NCBI GenBank assembly: GCA_965206595.1
Contig: OZ242214.1
Location: forward strand, 1,248,001 to 1,312,000
Length of the DNA: 64,000 nt
Origin: Candidatus Latescibacterota bacterium
GTDB taxonomy: Bacteria > Latescibacterota > UBA2968 > UBA8231
Reading direction: 5' to 3'
Position 1 is the first letter of the stretch. The number at the start of each line of letters is the position of its first letter. Positions 1-8,456 of this stretch are shown one piece after another. The position numbers were made by a program, and so were the translations under genes. The notes below the pieces were generated by a model. It ran no database searches. It was given only the letters and a program-made list of their open reading frames with translations, and had not been told where the DNA came from.

Positions 1-1
1 G

Positions 2-1279
2 CCCAACGCGCTCTACCGAAACGGCGAGGGCCGCTTCCTCGACGTCGCCGCAGAGGCCGGTGTGGCGCACGCCGGGTGGGGCTCGGCGGCGGCTTTTGCC
101 GACTTCGACGGCGACGACGATGTGGATTTCTACCTGACCAATTACGTGGATTTCGACCCTGACTACACACCTCCCGACTCCAGTTTGTGTCGCTGGCGCG
201 GGCTCAGTGTCTTCTGTGGTCCCGTCGGCCTGCAGGGGGCGGCAGACGTCTTTTACCGCAACGACGGTCCGCAGAGTTCATGGTCCTTCTCGGTGGCCAG
301 CGCTGAATTCGGACTCGCCGACTATCGGTATTACGGCCTGGGAGCCCTGGCGGGCGATTTCGATAACGACGGAGACCCCGACCTCTACATCGCCAACGAC
401 TCGACTCCGAACGTACTCTACCGCAACGACGACGGACGTTTTCACGATACGGCTCGGATCAGCGGCGTTGCGTACAGCGAAAACGGTCTGGAACAGGCGA
501 GCATGGGAATCGCCGCCGCAGACTACGACGCCGACGGCGATCTCGACCTGTTCGTGACAAACTTCGCCAACGATAACAACACACTGTATCAGAACATGGG
601 TGGCGGTTTCTTCTTCGACACCAGTTTTGCGGCCGGGCTCGGGGCCGCGAGCTTCACCGAGCTCGGTTGGGGTGCCGGTTTCTTCGACGCCGACAACGAT
701 GGCGACCAGGACCTGTTCGTCGCCAACGGCCACGTCTACCCGTCGGTGGACGACCACGGGGTGGGATCGAGCTACGGGCAGCGCAATCAGCTGTTCGAGA
801 ACGGCGGCCATGGCGTGTTCAGCGACGTGACAGACAGCGCCGGACCCGGTTTCGCGATCGCCGAATCGAGCCGAGGGTCTGCGTTTGCCGACTTCGACAA
901 CGATGGCGACCTGGACCTCATTGTAGTCAACCTCGATTCGCGACCCACGTTGCTGCGCAACGACGGGGGGAACCGCGGCAACTGGTTGAAGGTGCAGTTG
1001 CGCCAGCCGGGTCATAACACCCAGGCCATCGGCGCGCGCGTGACCGTGCTGGCCGGAGGGCGATTACAGATGCGCGAAGCCCGGGCGGGGGCCAGCTATC
1101 TGTCGCAGAACGACGCCCGGCTGCACTTCGGACTGATGACAGAGCAGGTTGACCAGCTGACGATTCGCTGGCCCGGTGGTGAAAAAGAAATGTTCACAGA
1201 GGTTCCGGTGAACCGCTTCATTGAGATCAGGCGCGGCCACGGCCTCGTCGTGCGCCCATCGAGCGCTACGGAGCCATGA
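2..1279 (+). CDS. CRTAC1-family FG-GAP repeat / ASPIC-UnbV protein (5'-partial)
   Basis: Repeated DFDNDGDxDL (FG-GAP) motifs and C-terminal ASPIC/UnbV motif (AIGARV...SYLSQNDARLHFGL...IRWPGG). The frame is open back to the window start (PNALYRN...). Confidence 0.9.
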   Translation, partial: PNALYRNGEGRFLDVAAEAGVAHAGWGSAAAFADFDGDDDVDFYLTNYVDFDPDYTPPDSSLCRWRGLSVFCGPVGLQGAADVFYRNDGPQSSWSFSVASAEFGLADYRYYGLGALAGDFDNDGDPDLYIANDSTPNVLYRNDDGRFHDTARISGVAYSENGLEQASMGIAAADYDADGDLDLFVTNFANDNNTLYQNMGGGFFFDTSFAAGLGAASFTELGWGAGFFDADNDGDQDLFVANGHVYPSVDDHGVGSSYGQRNQLFENGGHGVFSDVTDSAGPGFAIAESSRGSAFADFDNDGDLDLIVVNLDSRPTLLRNDGGNRGNWLKVQLRQPGHNTQAIGARVTVLAGGRLQMREARAGASYLSQNDARLHFGLMTEQVDQLTIRWPGGEKEMFTEVPVNRFIEIRRGHGLVVRPSSATEP

Positions 1280-1292
1280 TAGTTCCCGGAGG

Positions 1293-1502
1293 CTACGGCT
1301 CGACGACTTCGATACGCCGGTTAGGCTCCAACGGGCCGCGAACTACCTGATGCTGCCCGGACAGCCAGTCCACCTCGACGCTGTCGACGACAGCCGCATC
1401 GCCCAATCCGAAGTAGAGCGGATACAGACTCTGAGACAGGTACCCCGACTGCCCGTCGTACACTTTGGTCAGGATGCGGCCGCCGGCGTTCAGGTCGACC
1501 CG
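1293..1502 (-). pseudogene. Orphan 3' fragment of a second ASPIC/UnbV (CRTAC1-type) gene
   Basis: Minus strand reads RVDLNAGGRILTKVYDGQSGYLSQSLYPLYFGLGDAAVVDSVEVDWLSG...IEVVEP*. This carries the ASPIC signature (SGYLSQ...FGLG...V.W.SG), with no recognisable start or N-terminal part. Not in the ORF track. Confidence 0.75.
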
Positions 1503-1575
1503 GTCTGGATGGCCGCCGCCCTGCGCCAGATCGGCCCGGACGGGTTGGCCTACTGGCCTCGGCTCCCGTGGGTGA

Positions 1576-1776
1576 ATGCTTCTCGCCGCGGTCTGGCCGG
1601 AGACTCACAAGCGGTACTACAGCAACATCATGCAGGTATGGAGGGATGCCCAGAACGGGAACATGCCGATCCATGAGGCCGGCTCGCGGCTCGAGTACGT
1701 CGACAACGATGGGTCACCTGAGTGGGATGAGCTGCAGAAACGGGCGCAGGAGGGTCCGGTCTTCTCAGCAGTCTAG
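1576..1776 (+). pseudogene. Short ORF, probably the C-terminal remnant of a gene
   Basis: 66-aa protein-like ORF among other fragments, ending 7 bp before the next CDS. No family recognised. Confidence 0.3.
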
Positions 1777-1783
1777 ATAGTCC

Positions 1784-3730
1784 GTGCCTCGCAAACAGCT
1801 GTCCCTCCGCGCCGTCGCCACCGGAGCCCTGCTCTCCCTCGGCATCAGTGTGTTCTTCGCCTGGGCCCGCCTCGGCATGGCCACGACCGGCATGTCGGCC
1901 GACTACATCACCGCCGCCGCCATTTTCTTCTTCTTCGTCCTGACCGCCGCGATCAACCCGCTGCTCAAGCTCGTTCGTCTGTCGTGGGGGTTTGACCGCT
2001 CAGAGCTCATCGTCATCTACATCATGATGATCGTGGCTTCGGCGATCCCCACGTGGGGCTTCACGGCGAACCTGATTGCCCTGCTGCCATCGGTCTTCTA
2101 CTACGCCACACCGGAAAACGAGTGGGCCCAGCTCCTGCATCCCCACGTGACCGAGTGGCTCGTGCCGCAGGATCCGGAGGCCATCAGGTACTTCTTCGAG
2201 GGCCTGCCAGCGGGACAGCCCATCCCCTGGAGCGCCTGGATGACGCCGCTCCTTGCCTGGGTCTCCTTCATTCTCTCCATCTACCTGATGATGATCACCA
2301 TCATGATCATCATGCGCCGCCACTGGGTCGAGCACGACCGTCTCACCTTCCCGTTGCTGCAGCTGCCGATGGACATGACCGAAGAGGGTGAGCCGGGGTC
2401 GAAACTGACCCCTTTCGTCAAACAACCTCTCATGTGGGTCGGTTTTGCGCTGCCATTCCTGCTGTTGAGCACCTCGGCTCTCAACCACTACTACCCCTTC
2501 ATCCCCGAGATCTCGCTTCGGCACTCCGTTCCCCTCTTCGGCAACGCCATGGTGTTGACGACAAACGTCAACTTCATCGCCCTCGGCCTCTCCTATTTCC
2601 TGAGTCTGGACGTCTCTCTGAGTGTGTGGCTTTTCCACCTGCTCGCAAAAACCCAGATCGCGGCGGAAAGCCTCCTTGGCTTCAGCCTTCACGGACGCCG
2701 CGATCTGTTCACGGAGGGATCACTTTCAGTTGCTTACCAGGGAATGGGCGCCATGCTCGTTTTCGTCCTGCTCGGCCTGTGGACGAGTCGCAGTTACCTC
2801 AAGCAGGTGTGGGCCAAGATCACCCGCGATGAGGGAGCTCTCGAGGACGGAGACGAACTGCTGTCCTATCGCGCCGCCGCCGTCGTCCTGACCCTGTCGG
2901 CGCTGTATGCCACCGGCTGGCTGACCGCTGCCGGCGTGCCGCTGCCCGTGTCCATCCTCTTCATGGCCGTCGCTTTCGCCATCTTCTACGGTCTCGCCCG
3001 CATCGTCGCCGAGGGTGGCCTCGGGTTCGCGCGGGCCCAGATGACGGCCCAGCCATTTGTCATCAACGCCGTCGGCACCGAAATGATCACCGCGCCCGGA
3101 CTGGTAACCCTCGGCTTCAGCTACTGCTGGGCCGGAGACCTGCGCACCATGGTCATGGCCTCCGCAATCAGCGGCATGAAACTCGCCGACAGCGGCAACG
3201 TCCGCGGCCGGCTCCTGATGTGGGCCATGCTGCTGGCCATCATCATTGCCCTCGCCGGCTCAGTGGGTATGCTCGTCTGGATGGGGTATCGCTACGGCGG
3301 TATCAACCTCGACTGGTGGTTCTACAACCGCTTCGGCGAGATTGTCCACTCAGATTCGGCGCACAAGATCGCCAACCCGATTGAGCCGCTGGAGCAGTGG
3401 TCCGTCATCGGCCCTCGGTATCTCTTCGCTGGAATCGGGGCAGCGGTCATGGGGTTCCTCATGTGGGCCCGCCACCACTGGGTATGGTGGCCGACTCACT
3501 ATCTCGGCTTTCCCATCGGCGCCACGCTGATGATGAACTGGACCTGGTTCAGCGTATTCCTCGGATGGGTGCTGAAAGCCCTCATCCTGCGCTACGGCGG
3601 AGTTTTCCTCTACCATCGCCTGCGGCCCCTGTTTCTGGGGCTCATCCTCGGACACGTCTTCGTGTCCGGTTTCTGGGTGATGTTCGACTTCGTCACAGGC
3701 GAGACGGGGAACGAGATCCCCGTCTACTGA
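1784..3730 (+). CDS. DUF6785/DUF6784 family polytopic membrane protein (putative peptide transporter)
   Basis: 648 aa with many hydrophobic helices. Motifs FYYATPEN, EGLPxGxPxPW, W.E.DRLTFPL, YGGINL and WWPxHxxGF are shared with the C-terminal third of the 56840-63244 protein. Confidence 0.75.
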   Translation: MPRKQLSLRAVATGALLSLGISVFFAWARLGMATTGMSADYITAAAIFFFFVLTAAINPLLKLVRLSWGFDRSELIVIYIMMIVASAIPTWGFTANLIALLPSVFYYATPENEWAQLLHPHVTEWLVPQDPEAIRYFFEGLPAGQPIPWSAWMTPLLAWVSFILSIYLMMITIMIIMRRHWVEHDRLTFPLLQLPMDMTEEGEPGSKLTPFVKQPLMWVGFALPFLLLSTSALNHYYPFIPEISLRHSVPLFGNAMVLTTNVNFIALGLSYFLSLDVSLSVWLFHLLAKTQIAAESLLGFSLHGRRDLFTEGSLSVAYQGMGAMLVFVLLGLWTSRSYLKQVWAKITRDEGALEDGDELLSYRAAAVVLTLSALYATGWLTAAGVPLPVSILFMAVAFAIFYGLARIVAEGGLGFARAQMTAQPFVINAVGTEMITAPGLVTLGFSYCWAGDLRTMVMASAISGMKLADSGNVRGRLLMWAMLLAIIIALAGSVGMLVWMGYRYGGINLDWWFYNRFGEIVHSDSAHKIANPIEPLEQWSVIGPRYLFAGIGAAVMGFLMWARHHWVWWPTHYLGFPIGATLMMNWTWFSVFLGWVLKALILRYGGVFLYHRLRPLFLGLILGHVFVSGFWVMFDFVTGETGNEIPVY

Positions 3731-4006
3731 TCTGAGGGTTACCCGCTTCTGTTGGCGTCCCCCTCCCACGGCCCATCGGGGTAGGCGTAGCGGACGCTCA
3801 GTTCCGCGTCGGTTAATTCGAGGGGAATCTCACCGGCAATCCGCCCATTCCTCCGCCCCACGTCGGATCTGTATATCGCCCTGCAAGAATCGGAGCGGAA
3901 TTTATGTCGGGTTTATAGAGACGAATAATATGGCATCGGGCTCACAGTTGCCGGCTCCGCTCTGTTCAGACCGGGTCTCCGGCAATTGTGAGCCCGATGT
4001 GTAAAA

Positions 4007-4987
4007 TCAGACGGCTGCTGTGTATTCGAGTTCCAATCCCCGGTAGACCGTTTCCGGTGTAAGGCCCGCCTTTTCGAGACACTCGGCGATGAACCGGATT
4101 TCTGAATCGGAGAGTTTCATCAACGGGGGCCTGACACCCGCGTAGCTCAAGCGCCCCAGCAAGACCAGCGCTTCTTTCATGCGGTTGTGCATGTCGAGAA
4201 GCGGCTCGCGGTAAAAAGCCCGGACCATGTGGTAGATCCGGTCGTTCACGGCCTGGGCAAGGCCAAGGTCTTTGGATGTCACGGCCTCCCACAGGGCTAC
4301 CTGGAGGTCGGCAATCACACTTCCGGCGCCCGAAAGTAAGCCGTCGCATCCCATGACGCAGGAACCGAGCAGCCACGCGCTGTGGGTGGTCAGCACATTG
4401 ACGGGCCGGTCCAGGGCGTGCAGCTCTCGAATGTGTCTTTCGTGCAGGGCGCCGTCGTTGCACCAGTCCTTGATGGCCCGAATGGTGGGGAATCGCTGGC
4501 AGAGATCCAGCAGGGTGTCGAGCGGATATCCGAACCCGCCGCCCAGGGGATACTGAAACAGGATGATGGGCAGCCGGGTTTGTTCGACGATACTTTCAAT
4601 GTGACGGATTGCCATTTCCGGCCGAAGTTGCCCGCCAAAGGCCGTGCTTGTGGCCGGGAAGACCAGCAGGCCATCGGCGCCCAGGTCCTCCGCCATTTTC
4701 CCAATGTGTCCAGCCTCCAAACTGCTTCCGGTATACACACCCGCCACAATAGGAAGTTGGCCGTCCAGTTCGTCCACAGCGATACGGATGCCCTCCTTCT
4801 GTTCGTCGAAGGTGAGCGCGTGGATCTCGGCGGCGTGGCCGTTTACCGTTATTGCACTGATCCCGGCGACGGAGGCCAGATCACGCAGGTGGTTGCGGTA
4901 GGCGGGCCCGTCGATGGCCAGGTCCGTGTCAAAAGGCAGGAGACAGGCCGGTATGACGCCGGACGGAGTGAATTCGTGATCAGACAT
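4007..4987 (-). CDS. Dihydrodipicolinate synthase (DapA/NAL) family aldolase, non-canonical
   Basis: GVIPACLLPF, NGHAAE (in place of GTTGE), Schiff-base Lys in AIKDW, MKEAL, VRPPL. Confidence 0.85.
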   Translation of the reverse strand: MSDHEFTPSGVIPACLLPFDTDLAIDGPAYRNHLRDLASVAGISAITVNGHAAEIHALTFDEQKEGIRIAVDELDGQLPIVAGVYTGSSLEAGHIGKMAEDLGADGLLVFPATSTAFGGQLRPEMAIRHIESIVEQTRLPIILFQYPLGGGFGYPLDTLLDLCQRFPTIRAIKDWCNDGALHERHIRELHALDRPVNVLTTHSAWLLGSCVMGCDGLLSGAGSVIADLQVALWEAVTSKDLGLAQAVNDRIYHMVRAFYREPLLDMHNRMKEALVLLGRLSYAGVRPPLMKLSDSEIRFIAECLEKAGLTPETVYRGLELEYTAAV

Positions 4988-5115
4988 TCAGAACTCCTCT
5001 CGTTATCCGTTTGGAACTCGAATTCGCGGCTTGAGCTCAGTCGAGCCTCACTGACCGCCAGGCCGGGCTGCCTCTGCGAGACCATGGTGATCACTGACTA
5101 CGGCTCGTCTGACCG

Positions 5116-5148
5116 TAAACACCTCTGAGTTCACCCTCATCGATGTCG
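5116..5148 (+). repeat. 33-bp direct repeat, copy 1
   Basis: TAAACACCTCTGAGTTCACCCTCATCGATGTCG, identical to 6798-6830. Confidence 0.95.
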
Positions 5149-5290
5149 AGATGCGCCTCGCACACCCTCACTCAAGCCGCACCGCGCGCCAAGCAGCTCT
5201 CGACCGAGCCAGAATTTCGCTGTAAACTAACGATCTCTTTAGGCGAAACAGATTCCGGCGCTCCTCGCTTAGGAGCAGAAAACGGAACCC

Positions 5291-6766
5291 CTACAGTCCC
5301 AGCCTTTCGTACTGTTCCACCGGCGCGTCGCACTCCTCCATCAAGGTGCGCAACAAACCGGTCATCCGCTCCTCTGCCTCCGCATCCTCTAGCGGCTGTT
5401 GCTGCCAGGGATCGCTGTGGAGATCGAAGAGCAGGTTCTCGAAGCTGAACCGCGGTGACTCCCACTGGCCGCTCGTGCGCATGAGCGAACACCCCTTGGT
5501 GAATGAGAACGGCTCGGCCAACTTCAGGCCGGCGAACTCTTCTACCGGAAACATGTCGTGCATATTCGTGGGCATCAACGTGTACTCGTGCAGCGGCCCG
5601 TTGTCCGCCGTCGCGGCGGCGCGCATGTACACGTATCGTCCGTCGGTGACGTTCACGTGGCCGCCGTGGATTCCGAAGATCCCCGCCTCCCTCACCGGCC
5701 GGTCCTCGGCAATCGCATAGCGCAGTGGCACGCCGAGCATGTCCGGCGTCAGCTCCAGGCCGAACAGGTCGAGTAGCGTCGGCCCCAGGTCGATCGATGG
5801 TTGCACGAGTGCCGAGCGCCGCTCGTTGCCGGCGCCACAGCGCGGGTCCCAGATGAAAAACGGCGTGTTCCCCGTCTCGCGGTACCAGGGCATCGACACC
5901 TTGGCCCACAGGTCGTGCTCTCCAAGCAGGAACCCGTGATCGGTCCAGACGATGAGCATAGTGTCCTCCCACATCTCCAGACGATCCATCTCGTCGAGCA
6001 CGTCGCCGAGCCGGGCATCACACATGCTGAGAAGCGCCGCGTAGTGCCCGCGGCACTGCTGTACGAGGTCTTCCGATTCTGTCACCTGTCCGTAAATGGG
6101 CCAGTCGAGCAGCGGCGCCGAGCGCTCTTTGATCAGCTCGGGGTAGAGGTCCTGGTAGTGTCGTTGGGTGAAGAACGGCTCGTGCGGATCGAAGGTCTCG
6201 ATCTGCAGGAACCAGTTGTCTTCCTCATGGTTGCGGCGCAGGAAGTCCAGGCCGGCTTCGAAGGTCTTTGACTGCGGCTGCTCCTTCTCGCTGCGCATGA
6301 AGGCGCGGTTCACCCGGTCCTGATTGTTCCATTGGCTTTTCCCTGAATTCTGGCCGGCGCTGCTGACCGGCGGCGCCTCGGCGACCTGGCCCATCCATGG
6401 GTCTCCTTCCTGGCCGCGGTGGAACTGCCATGTAGTGTACTGCGTGTGGTAGGTTGCACCCCCGGTTCCCCAGTAGTGGAGGTGGTCGCTGATCAGGTGC
6501 GAGGAGACGCCCTGCTCTCTCAGCATCCTCGGTACCGAATCGTCGAATGGCTCGAGCGGCCCCCACGACCGGTGCAGGAAGTTCGGCCGACCCGTGTGCA
6601 GGTCGCGACGCGCCGGCATGCATGGCATCGAGCAGATGTAGCTCTTGTCGAAGATGACCGTGCGCTCTGCCAATTGCTGGAAGTTCGGCGCATGCGTCCA
6701 GTCGCAGCCATAGGGCGGCAGCATGTGCCGGTTGAGCGAGTCGAACATCACCATCACTGCTCTCAT
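5291..6766 (-). CDS. Sulfatase (formylglycine-dependent, Cys-type)
   Basis: CMPARRDLHTG (CxPxR), N-terminal FDS, DPHEP, WTDHG. RBS AGGAG upstream. Confidence 0.92.
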   Translation of the reverse strand: MRAVMVMFDSLNRHMLPPYGCDWTHAPNFQQLAERTVIFDKSYICSMPCMPARRDLHTGRPNFLHRSWGPLEPFDDSVPRMLREQGVSSHLISDHLHYWGTGGATYHTQYTTWQFHRGQEGDPWMGQVAEAPPVSSAGQNSGKSQWNNQDRVNRAFMRSEKEQPQSKTFEAGLDFLRRNHEEDNWFLQIETFDPHEPFFTQRHYQDLYPELIKERSAPLLDWPIYGQVTESEDLVQQCRGHYAALLSMCDARLGDVLDEMDRLEMWEDTMLIVWTDHGFLLGEHDLWAKVSMPWYRETGNTPFFIWDPRCGAGNERRSALVQPSIDLGPTLLDLFGLELTPDMLGVPLRYAIAEDRPVREAGIFGIHGGHVNVTDGRYVYMRAAATADNGPLHEYTLMPTNMHDMFPVEEFAGLKLAEPFSFTKGCSLMRTSGQWESPRFSFENLLFDLHSDPWQQQPLEDAEAEERMTGLLRTLMEECDAPVEQYERLGL

Positions 6767-6797
6767 GATATCTCCTGTGGATGAACCCGTCTTGGGC

Positions 6798-6830
6798 TAA
6801 ACACCTCTGAGTTCACCCTCATCGATGTCG
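6798..6830 (+). repeat. 33-bp direct repeat, copy 2
   Basis: Identical to 5116-5148. Confidence 0.95.
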
Positions 6831-6859
6831 TGAGGCGGATTTCAACTCGATCCTCATCC

Positions 6860-6917
6860 TTGGCGACGCAGCGACCGCGCGGCAATGCCAGGTGAGGTAT
6901 TTCTGCGACAGGACACT
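6860..6917. mobile_element. Terminal remnant of a MITE-like element
   Basis: Ends GACAGGACACT, the reverse complement of the AGTGTCCTGTC terminus at 28926. Shares the internal GGCRACGCAGCGA motif with the 28925-29090 element. Confidence 0.5.
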
Positions 6918-6987
6918 GATATGTATTGACCCTTGTCAACCCCTCCGAGGTGGATTTTTCGGTAGTTACCTTTGCCTTGGTTTTTTG

Positions 6988-7161
6988 CCGGGAACAGAAG
7001 GGACGACTTTGGCGACGGTTGATCCGACTGATATTCGCGGGTTGGGTACCGCCTGTCCTGGGTTCGTCGCGGAGCCAGCCTCAGTCTAGTGTCGAGGGTC
7101 ACCCCATAGGGCGCCTCATAGTGTCTTCGAGGGTTCTCCTAACCAGTCCCTTCTGTCCCGG
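6988..7161 (-). ncRNA. Putative bridge/seek RNA of the IS110 element
   Basis: Non-coding region downstream of the transposase, closed by a ~16-bp long-range stem (7146-7161 with 6988-7004). Contains segments matching the target and element ends. Boundaries are inferred. Confidence 0.65.
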
Positions 7162-7209
7162 TCCGTTCACATGAGCAATCCCACTCCGTTGCCTGAAACC
7201 TCGCTCCTG

Positions 7210-8340
7210 TTAGGCGGCCTTTCTGACTGTGCTGCCCGGTTGTTTGAGCTCCCAGGCGATGGCCCAGATGAAACCCAACAGGTCGCGCGCAACGGCGGTG
7301 CAGACCTTGTTCTTCGGCATCCCTCGCGCCGTCAACCGGCGGGATAGCGTCCACACAGTCGTTTCTGCGCCTTCCAGGCGATCGCCTGTACCGCCGGGGT
7401 CGTCTGCTCGGCTCGCCGCTGCAGGTGCGCGGTCTTGCGGGCCGGAAACCGATTAGCTCCAAGCCGCTTCGGCCAGCACCCGCCGCACGTGGGCATTGCC
7501 CGCCTTGGTAATCGCACCCCGCTGCCGGCGACGGCCGCTGGAATGCTCGCTGGGCACCAGACCGACGAAGGCCATCAGCTGGCGCGGCGAATCAAAGCGG
7601 GTGAGGTCCCCCAGTTCCGCCAAGGTCGTGATCGCGGTCAGCGTGTTCACCCCGCGCAGCGCCATGATGGCGCGGGTCTCGGCTTCCCGCGACCAGCCCG
7701 ACAGGGTGCGCTGCAATTCCTCGTCCAGCCCCTTGACGCGAGCCTGGGCTTGGCGCACCGCGTCGACGTATTCCTCAAAGACGATCTGCTGGGCCGGAGG
7801 ATCGAAGCGCTGCCTCTCGAGCCAGCGAAAGTGGCTCTGCGTCCAGCGACCGCGACCCGAGTAGATGCGACCGTGGCGCTGCAAGAAGCTGGTCAGCCGT
7901 TGGCGCACGCGGCGCTCGGCATGCTTGAAGTCTTCCCGGCAGCGCTCCAGATCGCGCATCGCCTCCTGCTCCGGGTCAGGCACCCACACCACGGTCAGCT
8001 CGCCGTGTCGGTGCAGCCGCGCCAGCGTCATCGCATCCCGCCGATCGGTCTTGATGCGGTCGCCCGGACGCCGCGGAATCAGCGACGGCGCCACCACCAT
8101 GCACGCGTGACCCAACGCGGTCAGCAGCCGGTAGACGCCGTAGCCGCAGGGGCCGGCTTCGTAGCAAAACCGCAACTGCGTCGATGCATCGGCCAACGTG
8201 CCCGCCAGCTTGGCCACCGCTTCGCCCGTGGAGGCGATGGTACCGTACAGCCTCGGCTCGGTCCGATACGGATCGGCAATGGCGACGGTGATGGAATCCC
8301 GGTGTATGTCCAACGCTACCACTTTCGTAGGTTTACGCAT
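7210..8340 (-). pseudogene. IS110 recombinase/transposase with two frameshifts
   Basis: VALDIHRD, CYEAGPCGYG, RIKTDRRDA, GLVPSEHSSG (catalytic Ser loop), ITKAGN. An extra base at ~7454 (TAT>TAAT) creates a stop. A second shift at ~7341-7343 precedes the conserved tail KNKVCTAVARDLLGFIWAI, which stops at 7210. Confidence 0.88.
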
Positions 8341-8456
8341 GGCCTCCTCCTTCTCGCTGGGGATAGGTCTTTGGGTGAACTGCATTTGTCCAAAGATAAC
8401 CCCCGAAAATCGAGACTGGAGGAGGTCTTCATATACGCGTCAATACATAAGGTCTA

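Larger units (their letters stand above)
6916..8455 (-). mobile_element. IS110-family (IS1111-type) insertion sequence
   Basis: Perfect 11-bp subterminal IRs TATGTATTGAC (6920-6930) / GTCAATACATA (8439-8449), a CT dinucleotide at both junctions (6916-17, 8454-55), a DEDD transposase, a long downstream non-coding region, and an outward-facing TTGACA near the right end. Confidence 0.85.

Noticed and set aside
3740-3960. Possible minus-strand gene remnant (GRIAGEIPLELTDAELSVRYAYPDGPW)
   Set aside because: Protein-like but too short to assign without a search.
5116-6830. 33-bp repeats as a CRISPR array or integron attC sites
   Set aside because: Only two copies 1.7 kb apart, no spacers, cas genes or integrase, and no clear attC palindrome.
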